From contig JAZAMN010000018.1 in assembly GCA_036229005.1 (NCBI GenBank), forward strand, positions 27,647 to 91,646: 64,000 nt of DNA. Reading direction: 5' to 3'. The notes under the pieces were generated by a model, which worked only from the letters and a program-made list of their open reading frames with translations, was not told the DNA's origin and did no database searches. Of the stretch, positions 18,897 through 29,965 are shown piece by piece. Numbering within the stretch: position 1 is the stretch's first letter; every line of letters begins with the position of its first letter. Made by a program: the position numbers and the translations under genes. The stretch is from Myxococcota bacterium. Its GTDB lineage: Bacteria; Myxococcota_A; UBA796; CAJQPC01.

Positions 18897-20123
18897 CTAC
18901 AGTTCGGCGCCGTAGTCCATGGACTTGTCGCGGTAGATCATGTGGAAGTGGGTCTGGCCCTGGATCACCACGCCGTTCTGGCAGGCGACCTCGATCCACA
19001 CCCGCGGCCCGTCGATGCGGAAGTAGGTGCCGTTGGTCTCGATGTCGGGGCTGCTGCCGCCGGCCCAGGCCACGTAGGTGTCGGCCAGCGCGGCGCTGGT
19101 GGTGTAGGCAGCCAGCAGCTCAGCGGAGACCGCCTCATCGTTGAAGTCCGAGACCCACTGCTCCATCGCGGCGATGGCCAGGGCCTGCTGGTCGGCGCTG
19201 AGATCGGAGATCAGCACGCCACCCCGGGCGCTGCCGGTGGGGTAGACCACCTGGGACATGGAGCCGGTGCCGTACTCGACGGGGCCCAGCAGGACATCGC
19301 TGAAGCTCTGGGAGAGCTTGGCCGCGCTGAGCTGGCTGCTGGAGAGGCTGTCCATCAGGTCCACGAAGGCCTGCCCCTCCTCCACGACGGGGGCGTAGCT
19401 GCTGCCGTCGTAGGTGAAGGTCTCCTTGGGCTCGGAGGCCTGGTGGCTGGGGGTGGGGTAGCCCACGCCGTCCACGAAGGTCACGTTGTAGGCCAGGTGG
19501 TGGTTGCCGAGCTGCACCATCCAGGAGCCGCTGGTGGCCGGGGTGCCGTAGAAGGCGACGATCGCCTCGTCCGAGGTGTACTGGCTGCTGCCACCCCCGC
19601 CGCCACCGGGACCTCCGCCGCCGCCGCCCAGGGTGCCGAGGTAGTCATCGGCGGCCAGGATGCCCACGTAGTCCTCGTAGCCCTCGTCCGAGAGCAGGGC
19701 CTGGGCGAAGGCGGCCAGGGCCTCCTTGTTCTCGCTGTCCAGGTCACCGTGGGCCAGGCCGGCGCGGCCCGAGGCGCCCAGGGGCAGGTTGGACCACAGG
19801 GTCTTCTCGGTGGAGTCCGAGAAGTCGTAGGTGGCGGTCGCGAGCTGGCTGCTGTCCAGGGTGGCCAGGAAGTTGTTGGCCAGGCAGACGATCTCGGGGG
19901 CGCCGCTGAGGCCAACGCAGTCCTCGACGACGATGTCGCCGGTGTCCTCCCCGCCAGTGTCTCCGGTGTCGTCAGCGGGATCGGAGTCCTGCGTGCCGCT
20001 GTCCTCACCGCCAGAGTCCTGAGCGCCAGAGTCCTCGGCGCTGGTGTCCGTCGGCGAGGTGTCCGTTGAGTCGACGCTCCCTTCGCAGGCGAGCAGCAGG
20101 GTGAGCAGGGAAATCGAGGCCAT
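18897..20123 (-). CDS. DUF3500 domain lipoprotein (copy 1)
   Basis: LLAC lipobox, acidic linker, same motifs as copy 2 (HFHMIYRD). Confidence 0.88.
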   Translation of the reverse strand: MASISLLTLLLACEGSVDSTDTSPTDTSAEDSGAQDSGGEDSGTQDSDPADDTGDTGGEDTGDIVVEDCVGLSGAPEIVCLANNFLATLDSSQLATATYDFSDSTEKTLWSNLPLGASGRAGLAHGDLDSENKEALAAFAQALLSDEGYEDYVGILAADDYLGTLGGGGGGPGGGGGGSSQYTSDEAIVAFYGTPATSGSWMVQLGNHHLAYNVTFVDGVGYPTPSHQASEPKETFTYDGSSYAPVVEEGQAFVDLMDSLSSSQLSAAKLSQSFSDVLLGPVEYGTGSMSQVVYPTGSARGGVLISDLSADQQALAIAAMEQWVSDFNDEAVSAELLAAYTTSAALADTYVAWAGGSSPDIETNGTYFRIDGPRVWIEVACQNGVVIQGQTHFHMIYRDKSMDYGAEL

Positions 20124-20277
20124 CGTCACTCTCCAGGCAGTGCTGGCAGAATATGCCCAGCCCCACCTCGCTGAAACCTGGGATTCCAAGGGCTTATGAG
20201 GGCCTTCAGGTCCGTTGTTGAGACCTTAAGCTGGGCCTATGGAGGTCCCCTCACCTCCCCTGGAGGATCCCTCCTCC

Positions 20278-21582
20278 CTAGAGGACGCCCGCCCGCTTGA
20301 TCTCCAGGTACTTGTTCACCAGGGCGACGGGGAGCTCGCCGGGCTCGCAGTCCAGGGTGAGGATGCCGCCGTGGCGCAGGGTGTCGTAGACCTTCTTGCG
20401 GGCCTCCAGGTAGCCGGCGACGGCGCCGACCCGGGTGGCGTCCTGCAGGCCCTTGATGGGGGCGACGGCGGCCTCGCGCAGGGCGGTCTCGCGCAGGGAG
20501 GCGACCAGGACGAGGTGCTTGGAGCGCAGGGGGGCCAGGGCGCGGGGGAGGGACTCGGCGTCGTCGTCGCGCAGGTTGGTGAGGATCACGACCAGGGAGC
20601 GGCGTCGCTGGCGCACCAGCAGGCGCTGGATGGCCTGGGGGTAGTCGCTGGGCTGGGCGCTGGTCTGGAGGTCGTAGACGCGGTTGAGCAGGGTGGTCAT
20701 CTGGCCGGCGCCCTTGACGGGGGGCAGCCAGCGCTCGGCGCCGGAGAAGGTCATCAGGCCGACGGCGTCGCCCTGCCGCAGGCCCACGTAGGAGAGCAGC
20801 AGCATGGCGTTGAGGGCGTGGTCGAAGTGGGAGAGGTCCCCGTCCAGGCTGTGCATGCGGCGGCCGCAGTCCAGCAGGAAGACCACGCGCTGGTCCTGCT
20901 CGTCGCGGTACTCGCGGGAGACGAGCTGGTGGCGGCGGGAGACGGCCTTCCAGTCGACCTGGCGCAGGCTGTCGCCCTGGCGGTACTCGCGGAGCTGGTA
21001 GAACTCGGTGCCCTCGCCGCGCCGGCGACGCAGGTGGATGCCGAGCTGGGAGAGGCGGTTGTCCAGGGCGAGCAGGGCGTACTTGGAGACGGCCTTGAAG
21101 TCGGGGTAGACCTTGAGCTCCTGGGCCTGACCGACGCGCAGGCGGCGGCGCAGCAGGCCCAGAGGACCGTCCATGAGCAGGTCGGCTTGGCCGAAGCTGC
21201 CGGGGCCGCGGCGCAGGGGGCGCACGCGGAAGTCGACCTCCAGCCAGCCCCGCGCGGGGAGCTGCAGGTCGCGGGGGAGGCCCTCGATCTCCAGCAGCTC
21301 GGGGGCGTGGTCGTGGACGGAGACCCGCAGGGGGCGGCGGGCGCGGGAGCTCAGGCGCAGGGTGAGGGTGTGCCACTCGCCCAGGGAGAGGGCCTGGGGG
21401 CAGCGGCGCTCGCAGGTGGGCGCGGGGGTGCGCAGCAGGAGCACGCCGTCGACCAGCAGCAGCAGGGCCACCAGCGCGCCGAAGCCGGCCCACAAGCTCA
21501 GCAGCAGGGGGACGAACGCAGCGACCGCGGCGACCAGCAGCCAGAGGGCCAGCAGCAGCAGGGCTCGGGAGGTGGGCCTCAC
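20278..21582 (-). CDS. DUF58 domain (vWA-like) protein
   Basis: [16 protein letters not shown]...DWKA, LDCGRRM. Confidence 0.93.
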   Translation of the reverse strand: MRPTSRALLLLALWLLVAAVAAFVPLLLSLWAGFGALVALLLLVDGVLLLRTPAPTCERRCPQALSLGEWHTLTLRLSSRARRPLRVSVHDHAPELLEIEGLPRDLQLPARGWLEVDFRVRPLRRGPGSFGQADLLMDGPLGLLRRRLRVGQAQELKVYPDFKAVSKYALLALDNRLSQLGIHLRRRRGEGTEFYQLREYRQGDSLRQVDWKAVSRRHQLVSREYRDEQDQRVVFLLDCGRRMHSLDGDLSHFDHALNAMLLLSYVGLRQGDAVGLMTFSGAERWLPPVKGAGQMTTLLNRVYDLQTSAQPSDYPQAIQRLLVRQRRRSLVVILTNLRDDDAESLPRALAPLRSKHLVLVASLRETALREAAVAPIKGLQDATRVGAVAGYLEARKKVYDTLRHGGILTLDCEPGELPVALVNKYLEIKRAGVL

Positions 21583-22559
21583 CGGCGGGGGGCCTCCACC
21601 TGCTCCAAGATGCCGCGGAGCACGTCGTCGGCGTGGGTGCCCTCGATCTCCAGCTCCGGGGAGATGGCCACGCGGTGGCGCAGGGCGGGCAGGGCGACCT
21701 CCTTGATGTCGTCGGGGGTCACGAAGTCGCGGCCCTGGAGGATGGCGACGGCGCGAGAGGCGCGCACCAGGGCGATGGCGCCGCGGGGACCGGCGCCCAC
21801 GGAGATGCCCGGGCGCTCGCGGGTGGCCCGGACGATGCGCACGGCGTAGTCGACGTTGCGGTCGTCCACGGTGACCTGGGCGACGGCCTTGCGCAGGGCG
21901 ATGGCCTGGGCGGCGGTGCAGACGGGCTGGACGGTGGAGACGTCGAGCTGGTCCCCCACGCGGCCCTGGGTGACGGCCTTGACGATGGCGACCTCGTCGG
22001 CCTGGGCGGGGAACTCCAGGCGCACCTTGAGCAGGAAGCGGTCGAGCTGGGCCTCCGGCAGCGGGTAGGTGCCCTCCTGCTCCAGGGGGTTCTGGGTGGC
22101 CACGGTCATGAAGGGCGGCTCCAGGGGGTGGGCCTTGCCCTCGATGGTGACCTGGTGCTCCTGCATGACCTCCAGCAGCGCGGCCTGGGTCTTGGCGGGG
22201 GCGCGGTTGATCTCGTCCGCGAGCAGCAGGTTGCAGAACACGGGGCCCTTGCGGACGTGGAAGTTGCCGGTGCCCATCTCGAACACGGCGTGGCCGGTGA
22301 CGTCCGAGGGCATCAGGTCGGGGGTGAACTGCACGCGCCCGAAGCTGCCGCCGATGGCCCGCGACAGGGCCAGGACCAAGAGGGTCTTGCCCAGGCCGGG
22401 CACGCCCTCCAGCAGCACGTGGCCGCCGGCCAGAAAGGCGGTGAGCACCTGGTCCAGCACCTCGTCCTGGCCGAGCACGGCGCCGGAGAGCTGATCGCGC
22501 AGCGCCTCCGCCAGGGTGGCCGCGGCCTGGGTGTCCAGGGTCTTGTTCTCCAGCTCCAT
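21579..22559 (-). CDS. moxR: MoxR-family AAA+ ATPase
   Basis: [45 protein letters not shown]. Confidence 0.95.
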   Translation of the reverse strand: MELENKTLDTQAAATLAEALRDQLSGAVLGQDEVLDQVLTAFLAGGHVLLEGVPGLGKTLLVLALSRAIGGSFGRVQFTPDLMPSDVTGHAVFEMGTGNFHVRKGPVFCNLLLADEINRAPAKTQAALLEVMQEHQVTIEGKAHPLEPPFMTVATQNPLEQEGTYPLPEAQLDRFLLKVRLEFPAQADEVAIVKAVTQGRVGDQLDVSTVQPVCTAAQAIALRKAVAQVTVDDRNVDYAVRIVRATRERPGISVGAGPRGAIALVRASRAVAILQGRDFVTPDDIKEVALPALRHRVAISPELEIEGTHADDVLRGILEQVEAPRR

Positions 22560-22560
22560 C

Positions 22561-23658
22561 TCAGCTCCCGAGGGTCTGCAGCTTCTGCATGATCTGCGTG
22601 AATCGAGCCGCGCCCTTGGGCTGTCCGTACAGCACCTCGCGGGTCAGCTCTTCGTCCATCTGCTCGCGCTCCGCGATCGCCCGCACCAGCGCCACTCCGG
22701 TGAGCCCCCCCAGGTCGGGGTGCTGCCTGCGGAGGCGCGCGAGGGCGGCCCGCCGCGCGGGGGCCAGCAAGGTCTCGCTGTGGCCGTGGCGCCAGTGGAA
22801 GGCCCCGGCCGCGGTGATGTGCTCCAGCAGCGAGCGGCGCACGACCGACTCCGGCGGCGCCATGGGCCCGAAGCGGGGCGCGGCGGCGGCCATCCAGCCC
22901 AGCAGCAGGGTGGCCCCGGAGATCACGACCATCCAGCCGTGCTCCAGGGCAAGGCTCAGCAGGGAGTCCCGCCCGGCCCGGGTGACGAACACCACCTGCC
23001 CGGGCAGGTCGTCGGCCAGCAACCCGAACATCAGGGCGGCGTGGTCCCGGCGCCCGATGTGCTCGTTGTCCATGAAGGTCGCGTCGGCCAGCAGGCTCAG
23101 GCGGCCGCTGCCCTGGACCACGGAGAAGGCGACGATCTCGCCGTCGTCGTCGTCCAGCCAGGTGTCCAGCTCCCGCCAGGTGCTCAGGCTGCCGCTCAGG
23201 TCGGCGGTCACCCAGCGGTACTCCTCCTTGGCGGGGTCCCAGACCTCGTACTCGGTGGTGTCCGAGCGGAACACGCCGGGGTCCAGCTCCGCGGAGACGG
23301 CCTCCATGAAGGGGTCCTCGCTGTCCTGGACCGCCACCGCGACCACGTGCCCGCCATCCCAGGCCCAGCCGTCCAGCCGGCTGTGGATGCGCTCCCGCTC
23401 TTCGGGGTCGGTGCTGAGCACCACGACGGTGTCCCCGTAGTCCGGCGGCTCGCTGAGCACGTACCAGGTGTCCGCCGGGATCCCCAGGGCCTCCAGGGTG
23501 CGCTCGGCGGCCAGGTAGTCGTTGATGGCGGCCAGGCCGTGCAGCCCGACCTCCTCCTCCTCGGTGACCTGCTCGTGGGTGGTGAAGAACCAGGTGGCTC
23601 CACCGACCAGCAGCATCAAGGCCACAAAGCCCACGACAGCGACCAGTCCGTCCCTCAC
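22561..23658 (-). CDS. DUF4350 domain membrane protein
   Basis: Two TM segments, RFGP...RRSLLEHI motif, operon position. Confidence 0.8.
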   Translation of the reverse strand: MRDGLVAVVGFVALMLLVGGATWFFTTHEQVTEEEEVGLHGLAAINDYLAAERTLEALGIPADTWYVLSEPPDYGDTVVVLSTDPEERERIHSRLDGWAWDGGHVVAVAVQDSEDPFMEAVSAELDPGVFRSDTTEYEVWDPAKEEYRWVTADLSGSLSTWRELDTWLDDDDGEIVAFSVVQGSGRLSLLADATFMDNEHIGRRDHAALMFGLLADDLPGQVVFVTRAGRDSLLSLALEHGWMVVISGATLLLGWMAAAAPRFGPMAPPESVVRRSLLEHITAAGAFHWRHGHSETLLAPARRAALARLRRQHPDLGGLTGVALVRAIAEREQMDEELTREVLYGQPKGAARFTQIMQKLQTLGS

Positions 23659-25184
23659 GCGGCCCCCTCGTTGAAGTGCCGGGCCCAGGTGGACACCAGC
23701 GGCTCGAACTCCGCGTCCCCCACGCCCCGGTGAGCGTAGGCCAGGGTCTGCCAGGTGCGGGTGAGCTGCTTGAAGTAGGCCAGCGTCTCCCCCTCGAGGC
23801 GGCGGCGGACCACGCGCAGACACTCCCCCTCGGTGGCCCCCTCGTCGATGGGAAGGCCCCGCCGCACCAGATCCGCGACCGCCCCCTGGTACAGCAGGCC
23901 GACGGCCAGGGCGTGCTCCCCGTTGGCCCAGTGGCGGCGGGCGACGGCGGGCAGGTCCGAGGGCAGCAGCTCCGGTGACGGCCCCCCGGTGCCAGAGCGC
24001 GACTCGGGCAGCGGCCGCTCCAGCGCACCGGCCAGCACGTCGCCCCGGCCGCGGAGCAGGATCACCACGATGAAGATCAGCAGGGCCCCCATGCCCACCC
24101 ACAGCAGGGCCTGGATGCCCGCCGACAGCGGCTCCAGGCTGGGCGAGGCCATCTGTTGGGGCTCCTGCTCCTGGGGCTCGGTGCAGCCCTCCAGCCACTC
24201 CAGCAGCTTGGAGTCCGCGCCCTCCTTCTTGCGCCAGGTGGTGGTCGTCTCGGTGGTGTCGAAGTCCGGGTGCTCCAGGACCTGGTGGACGGCCTCGTTG
24301 GGGGTCAGATCGCCCAGCTCAGGGTCGCCCTGCAGTAGCCTGACCTCGCCGATGCCACCGAATGCCGACTCGTCCGCGTGGGCCGACAGAGGCAGGAAGG
24401 TGCAGACCAGGATGAGGGCAGCCCCCAGCACCTTCCTCGACCCCAGACGCCGCGCGAGCTGCCGGAACTGCAGCTCCACGTCCCAGCCCTCCAGGCGGGT
24501 GCGCCGGTTGATGTAGAGGCCGAAGCCGGCGGCGACGTGCAGGGGCTCGATCAGGGCGTGCGCGATCAGCCAGGCGCCCAGGAAGACGCCGCGCAGCCAG
24601 CCGGGGAAGCTCAGGTCGGCCAGGTCGGCGTAGAGCAGCTCGCGGAAGGCCGGGGTCTCGGGCAGCACCATGAACACGAACGCGACCACGCCCACCGACA
24701 CGAGCATCTCCATGGCCCAGCAGGTGGCGGAGAGAAGCATGGCCAGGGCGGCACCCTTGGCGCGGAGCTGGGACTTGCGGCGGTTGGCCTCGGAGCCGCG
24801 CAGGCCCTCGAGCTGGCGCACGGGGGAGACCAGCGCGCGGGTGGGATCCAGGCGGTCCACGAAGGCCCCGCCCCAGTCGGAGAAGAGCAGCTTGGGGGTG
24901 GCCTGGAGGGTCTCCTTGAGGGTGGGGAGCGCGCCGAAGAGGGCCCGGGAGAGGACGAAGAGGACCACGCGGCCCGTGAGCACCTGGGTGCACCACAGCA
25001 CAAAGAGGCCCAGCGGCAGCGCCCAGAACGTGAGCCCGAAGGCGAGGACACTGGAGGCCAGCAGGGTCACCAGCCACGCGCCCATGGCGGGCTTCCACCA
25101 GCGCTGGAGCATGCGCAGGCCCAGGTCCATGGCCTCGAAGCCGTGGCGGGGGCGGAGCTCGGCCTGCAGATCCTCAAGCCGCAC
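23655..25184 (-). CDS. DUF4129 domain membrane protein
   Basis: LRPR..FEAMDLG, LYINRRTRLEGWDVE, TEGEC, AYAHR. Confidence 0.85.
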   Translation of the reverse strand: MRLEDLQAELRPRHGFEAMDLGLRMLQRWWKPAMGAWLVTLLASSVLAFGLTFWALPLGLFVLWCTQVLTGRVVLFVLSRALFGALPTLKETLQATPKLLFSDWGGAFVDRLDPTRALVSPVRQLEGLRGSEANRRKSQLRAKGAALAMLLSATCWAMEMLVSVGVVAFVFMVLPETPAFRELLYADLADLSFPGWLRGVFLGAWLIAHALIEPLHVAAGFGLYINRRTRLEGWDVELQFRQLARRLGSRKVLGAALILVCTFLPLSAHADESAFGGIGEVRLLQGDPELGDLTPNEAVHQVLEHPDFDTTETTTTWRKKEGADSKLLEWLEGCTEPQEQEPQQMASPSLEPLSAGIQALLWVGMGALLIFIVVILLRGRGDVLAGALERPLPESRSGTGGPSPELLPSDLPAVARRHWANGEHALAVGLLYQGAVADLVRRGLPIDEGATEGECLRVVRRRLEGETLAYFKQLTRTWQTLAYAHRGVGDAEFEPLVSTWARHFNEGAA

Positions 25185-26178
25185 GGCGCCCTCCCAGCAG
25201 CAGCCAGCCGTAGACCAGCACCCACAGCACCGCGCCCACGGCGTACTTGACGTTCACGGGGACCACGGCCTTGGAGGACCAGAAGGCCTCGATGAACGCG
25301 GCGATGAACAGCATGGCGAAGAAGCCGTAGAGGATCGGCGTGGTCCGCCGGGCGGCCTCCAGGAAGGCCTGGGCGCGGGTGCGGTTGCCGGGGGCGATCC
25401 AGCTACTGCCCAGGCGCAGTCCGGCGGCGGCCGAGAGCACGATGGCGGTGAGCTCGAAGGAGCCGTGGCCGACCACGAAGGGGTAGAGCGTCTCGCCGTA
25501 GCCGATGTGGTGCAGGTGCCCGAACACGGCCCCCATGAACAGGCCGTTGAAGAGCAGGAAGAAGAGCGAGCCCAGGCCCAGGAGCGCGCCCCCGGCGAAG
25601 GTCCGGAAGGCGATGCCGATGTTGTTGCGGATGTAGAAGCCGAACATCATCAGATCGGAGTCGGAGCTGCGCTGGACGGAGCTGACCTCGCCGCCGGGCT
25701 CGTACATGTCCTCGATCTGTGCGACCTGGGCGGGGTCGATGAGGGTGTAGACCAGGTCGGGGTCCACCTGGATGGCCAGGAACACGGCGAGGCCGCTGCC
25801 GTAGAACAGCAGGTGGGCCAGGCTGACCAGGCGCCACTCGCGGCGCACCGCCAGGGGGATCTCGTGGAGCAGGTAGTCGGCCAGCCGCCGCGCGCTCCCG
25901 GGGGGCCGCCGGTACAGGTGCGTGTGTCCCCGTAGGGCCATGCGGTTGAGGCGGTCGACGATCTCGCTGGAGTAGCGGCGCTTTCGGGCCAGCGCGAGCT
26001 GCTGGCAGATCTGGCGGTAGCGCTGGGGGAAGTCGGTGTCCTGGGCGCTGGGGAGCACGCTGCGGCCGCGGGTGCGCCCCTGGGTGGGGTCCCCCAGGCG
26101 CTCCAGGGTGGTCTCGAAGCGGGCCCACTCCTGGGCGTGCCGCCGCACAAAGTGCTCCTGTCCGGGGCTGCCGCTCAT
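25174..26178 (-). CDS. Stage II sporulation protein M (DUF95) family membrane protein
   Basis: [29 protein letters not shown]. Confidence 0.9.
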   Translation of the reverse strand: MSGSPGQEHFVRRHAQEWARFETTLERLGDPTQGRTRGRSVLPSAQDTDFPQRYRQICQQLALARKRRYSSEIVDRLNRMALRGHTHLYRRPPGSARRLADYLLHEIPLAVRREWRLVSLAHLLFYGSGLAVFLAIQVDPDLVYTLIDPAQVAQIEDMYEPGGEVSSVQRSSDSDLMMFGFYIRNNIGIAFRTFAGGALLGLGSLFFLLFNGLFMGAVFGHLHHIGYGETLYPFVVGHGSFELTAIVLSAAAGLRLGSSWIAPGNRTRAQAFLEAARRTTPILYGFFAMLFIAAFIEAFWSSKAVVPVNVKYAVGAVLWVLVYGWLLLGGRRAA

Positions 26179-26870
26179 CGCTCCCCCACCAGGTAGCGGG
26201 CCATGCCCAGCAGGCGGTCGATGCGGCGCTGCTTGCCCACCAGGGGCTCCAGGATGGTGGCGAGCTCTTCGCTGCGCTCGGGCCCCCAGGCCTCGCTGCG
26301 CTCCGCGAAGTCCACGATGGCGCGCTGCTCCCGGGGGTCCAGGCCCACATCCACGCGGCGAGGCTCGGCGGCGGGGAGCTGCGCGGGGGGCATCACCCGG
26401 TCCGCGTAGACCACCACGGTCCCGGCGGCCAGATCGCCCAGGCGCTTGAAGTCCTTGTTCAGCACCATCGCGAGCAGCCCCGCCTGGTAGCCGAAGGGCA
26501 TCAGGTCGGCGGCCCGCAGCAGGTTGCGCAGGATCGACGCGGTCCAGTCCACGGGGGTGCCGTCGTCGCGGACCACGCGCAGGCCCAGCGCCTTCTTGCC
26601 GGGAGTGGCGCCCTCGAAGAAGATCTCGAAGAAGACCGGGTAGAACCACTCCAGCACAAAGAAGAGGATCAGCAGCAGGCCGGCGCCAGCCTCCCCCAGG
26701 AAGGCCATGGGGATGGACACACCGATCATCAGCGCCATGCGGATCATCACGTCCAGCAGCAGCGCCAACCCCCGGGCGAAGGGCCCCGCCACGTGCAGCT
26801 CAAGCTGAACGCCCTCGGGAGTCTCCACGGAGCGGAGGGTGTCCATGCGGGCGGTGGGGGCTGCGTCCAT
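26175..26870 (-). CDS. RDD-family protein
   Basis: [31 protein letters not shown]. Confidence 0.92.
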   Translation of the reverse strand: MDAAPTARMDTLRSVETPEGVQLELHVAGPFARGLALLLDVMIRMALMIGVSIPMAFLGEAGAGLLLILFFVLEWFYPVFFEIFFEGATPGKKALGLRVVRDDGTPVDWTASILRNLLRAADLMPFGYQAGLLAMVLNKDFKRLGDLAAGTVVVYADRVMPPAQLPAAEPRRVDVGLDPREQRAIVDFAERSEAWGPERSEELATILEPLVGKQRRIDRLLGMARYLVGER

Positions 26871-26990
26871 TGCGGGAGTCTAACGTGGGTTGCGCCCGGA
26901 CTCTTTCATCCCGCCGCCTCCAGGGATCGGCCCACGCACCCCGCCGCCCCCCGGGGACCCGGTACACTCCCCCAGAACCCAGGAGTCCCC

Positions 26991-27362
26991 ATGAAGCTCG
27001 GCGCATTCTCCGTATCCCTCGCGGTCAAGGACCTGGAGGCCTCGCGGCGCTTCTACGAGCGGCTGGGCTTCTCGGCCCTGGGCGGCGACGCGCGCCACAA
27101 CTACCTCATCCTCAAGAACGGCGACGCGGTCATCGGGCTCTTCCAGGGCATGTTCGAGGGCAACCTGTTGACCTTCAACCCCGGGTGGGACCAGAGCGCA
27201 GAGGAGGTGGACCCCTTCGATGACGTCCGCACCATCCAGCGCCAGCTCAAGGCCCTCGGACAGCCCATCACCCAGCCCTGCGACGAGGACACCACGGGCC
27301 CCGCCAGCCTGGTGCTCACCGACCCTGACGGCAACGTCATCCTGATCGACCAGCACCGCTGA
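26991..27362 (+). CDS. VOC/glyoxalase-family protein
   Basis: [28 protein letters not shown]. Confidence 0.92.
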   Translation: MKLGAFSVSLAVKDLEASRRFYERLGFSALGGDARHNYLILKNGDAVIGLFQGMFEGNLLTFNPGWDQSAEEVDPFDDVRTIQRQLKALGQPITQPCDEDTTGPASLVLTDPDGNVILIDQHR

Positions 27363-27494
27363 GGTCATCATCGCCCAGTCCCCGTCGCCCGCTACTGGGC
27401 CGATCGCCCCTACCGTGAGGTGGAAGCGGGTCCTCGATGAGATGGAGGAGGCGGTCCTGGCGCTGCGCTTCGCGGGGTGAGCAGCCAGAGAGAA

Positions 27495-27611
27495 GACGCC
27501 CCAGCTTCCGGAGAGGCTGGGGCGTCGGCCTGGCGATACTCTCACCAGGGGGGTTTCCACCAAGTTACTCCTCTCCTCGGACCTCGTCAATGGGGTTTTC
27601 AGGGAGGGGAG
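27495..27611 (+). promoter_or_regulatory. Structured 5' leader (three hairpins) upstream of NYN gene
   Basis: GACGCCCCAGC/GCTGGGGCGTC, CCTGG/CCAGG, and CTCCTCTCCT complementary to the SD region AGGGAGGGGAG. Confidence 0.55.
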
Positions 27612-27613
27612 AA

Positions 27614-28234
27614 ATGAAGAGGGTGAGCCTCTACGTCGACGGCTTCAACCTGTACTTTGGACTCAGGAACGCGCACATGCGGCGCTACCTCTGGCTCGAC
27701 CTGGTCGCTCTGGGAGAAGCCCTCCTGCACCCAGACCAGTCGCTGACTCAGGCGCACTATTTCACCGCTCGAATCAGAGGAAACGGGCGAAACCAGGAGG
27801 ATCGCCGGAGGCAATCCACGTACATCGACGCCTTGTGCGCGAACCCAAGGGTGAGCCTCTACGAGGGTCAGTTCCTCGCCAAGGAGAAGCGATGTCGGTC
27901 CTGCGGGGCCACCTGGACGGAGTACGAGGAGAAGATGTCCGACGTGAATCTGGCAGTGGAGCTGCTGATGGGGGCCGTGGACGACCAGTACGACACCGCT
28001 ATTGTCGTCTCTGGGGACAGCGATCTGGCGCCTCCGATCCGGCGGGTGCTCGCCCGATACCCCAGCAAGCGTGTGCTGGTGGCGTTTCCACCCCGCAGAC
28101 ACTCGGCGGCGCTCAAGATGGTCTCCTCAGGCTCCTTCACCATCGGCACCGACAAGCTCCGGCGCTCCCTGCTACCTGAGCGGATCGAGGTCGCGCCAGG
28201 GGTCCACGTATCAAGGCCTCCCAGCTGGAGCTGA
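27614..28234 (+). CDS. NYN-domain (LabA/DUF88, PIN-fold) ribonuclease
   Basis: YVDGFNLY, EEKMSDVNLA, VSGDSDLAP acidic motifs; CRSC zinc knuckle. Confidence 0.92.
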   Translation: MKRVSLYVDGFNLYFGLRNAHMRRYLWLDLVALGEALLHPDQSLTQAHYFTARIRGNGRNQEDRRRQSTYIDALCANPRVSLYEGQFLAKEKRCRSCGATWTEYEEKMSDVNLAVELLMGAVDDQYDTAIVVSGDSDLAPPIRRVLARYPSKRVLVAFPPRRHSAALKMVSSGSFTIGTDKLRRSLLPERIEVAPGVHVSRPPSWS

Positions 28235-28254
28235 GCCCTCAGGTCGAGACGCCC

Positions 28255-29823
28255 TCAAGTCGTGATGATCGTCTCCATCGACGACCACCGCCGCCACAGC
28301 GTCTTGGTCATCTCGCCCTCGGCCGCCATGCGGACCGCCGTGGTCCCCAGCTTCACGAAGTTCGAGGCGTGGGCCATCTGGATCAGCGGCCAGGGGTGCT
28401 TGCGCAGGGTCTCGCTCTCCGAGAACTTCCGCAGCAGCGTCTTGGGGATGAAGGGCTTGGACTGCATCTGGATCAGGCTGATCCAGAAGGTGTCCTCGAC
28501 CGGGCGCGGGTACTTGAGGTTGACCCGGTGCTGGTAGAAGACCCGGGTGTTGGTCCCCTCCACGTCGTACTTGGTGATGATCCCGTTATCCAGCAGCTTG
28601 TTGACCAGCTCGGAGCCCGGGAACACCGTCATCGAGAACAGGTACAGGTCGTAGGGCGGCGGGAAGCTCTCCACCATCTCGAACAGCGCCTTCTTGTCGC
28701 CTTCCGTCGAGACCGGGTCGTCAAAGATGAGCTGGAAATGCGGCTTGATCCCCAGGCGGTGGTAGAGCTGCGCGATCTCCGCGATGCTCTTGTTCTTCAC
28801 GCGCCGGTCGTACAGGTGCCCGGTCACGCGCTCGCTGGACTGGATGCCCATGTAGACGTGGATCAGCCCCGCGTCCCGCAGCATCGTCATGCGCTCTTCC
28901 GAGACCAGCTTGGGCTCGATGAAGATCTCGAAGGGCAGCCCCACCTCGCGCGGGTAGAGCTCGCAGAACTCCTCCAGCCAGCCCTTCTGGAAGTTGAACA
29001 CCTCGTCGTCAAAGCGGATGCGCTTGAAGTCCCAGTGCTCCCGCGCCGCCTTGATCTCGTCCACCATCGACTGCGGGGAGCGCACGCGGAACCACTTCTG
29101 GCCCGGGTACACGTCCTTCTTGTACGTCGAGTTGTAGCAGTAGCTGCACTTGTAGACGCAGCCCCGGCTCCCCATCATCTGGAACACCGGGTCGCCGTGC
29201 ATCGGGTCGCCCCACTCATAGAGCTTCCCGTAGATCAGCACCTTGTCGTCGTGGCTGGTGTAGTCGCGGAACTCCAGGGTGTCCAAGTCGGTCACCAGGG
29301 GCCGCAGCGGGTTGGTCTTGACCGCCCCATCCGCGAGCTGCAGGTCCACGTTCTTGGTGTCCGAGATGTCGGTCCCATCGCGCAGGCGCTCGGCCAGATC
29401 CAGCACCGCCAGCTCGCCCTCGCCCTTGAGCACAAGGTCCGCGGTCTGGATGCACTCCGCAGGCTCCAGCGTGGGGTGCATGCCGCCCCAGAGCACCGGG
29501 ACATCCAGCACCTCGTGCAGGTGCTCGGTCATCAGCTTGGCGCTCATGTAGTACGCGCTGGCGCGGATGCTGATGCACACCAGATCCAGCTCACGCTCGC
29601 GGATCGTGCGCACCAGGTTCTCGTACTCCAGCGCGCTGGCGGGCTGGAGGTGGTTGGAGATCCAGTCCTTGAAGTAGATCTCCGTGACGTGGTGCCCGCT
29701 CTTGCGCAGCGTGGCCGCGAGCACGCGCACCGCGTTGTTCTCCACGTCGTACATCGACACGATGCCCACGCGCACCGGGCGGCCCTGGGTCTGCTCGGTC
29801 AGTCGCTGGATTCGATGGTTCAT
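28255..29823 (-). CDS. Cobalamin-binding radical SAM protein
   Basis: WGGMHPT, GEGE, SRGCVYKCSYC, FDDE, GIQS. Confidence 0.92.
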   Translation of the reverse strand: MNHRIQRLTEQTQGRPVRVGIVSMYDVENNAVRVLAATLRKSGHHVTEIYFKDWISNHLQPASALEYENLVRTIRERELDLVCISIRASAYYMSAKLMTEHLHEVLDVPVLWGGMHPTLEPAECIQTADLVLKGEGELAVLDLAERLRDGTDISDTKNVDLQLADGAVKTNPLRPLVTDLDTLEFRDYTSHDDKVLIYGKLYEWGDPMHGDPVFQMMGSRGCVYKCSYCYNSTYKKDVYPGQKWFRVRSPQSMVDEIKAAREHWDFKRIRFDDEVFNFQKGWLEEFCELYPREVGLPFEIFIEPKLVSEERMTMLRDAGLIHVYMGIQSSERVTGHLYDRRVKNKSIAEIAQLYHRLGIKPHFQLIFDDPVSTEGDKKALFEMVESFPPPYDLYLFSMTVFPGSELVNKLLDNGIITKYDVEGTNTRVFYQHRVNLKYPRPVEDTFWISLIQMQSKPFIPKTLLRKFSESETLRKHPWPLIQMAHASNFVKLGTTAVRMAAEGEMTKTLWRRWSSMETIITT

Positions 29824-29965
29824 CGCACACCCTGCTGGCTTGGGGCTGGTCGGCGGGAGGCCGGGGGTCCTGGGGCTTTAGGGCCAGAGACGCCCAGTCT
29901 TGCACCCCCCACCATTGCAGATCCCGCATAGAGGGTCCACCCTGCACCCCGACAAGGAGCCCCGC

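Noticed and set aside
20278..26870. MoxR operon as a novel system
   Set aside because: RDD-SpoIIM-DUF4129-DUF4350-MoxR-DUF58 is a widespread, already recognised gene order.
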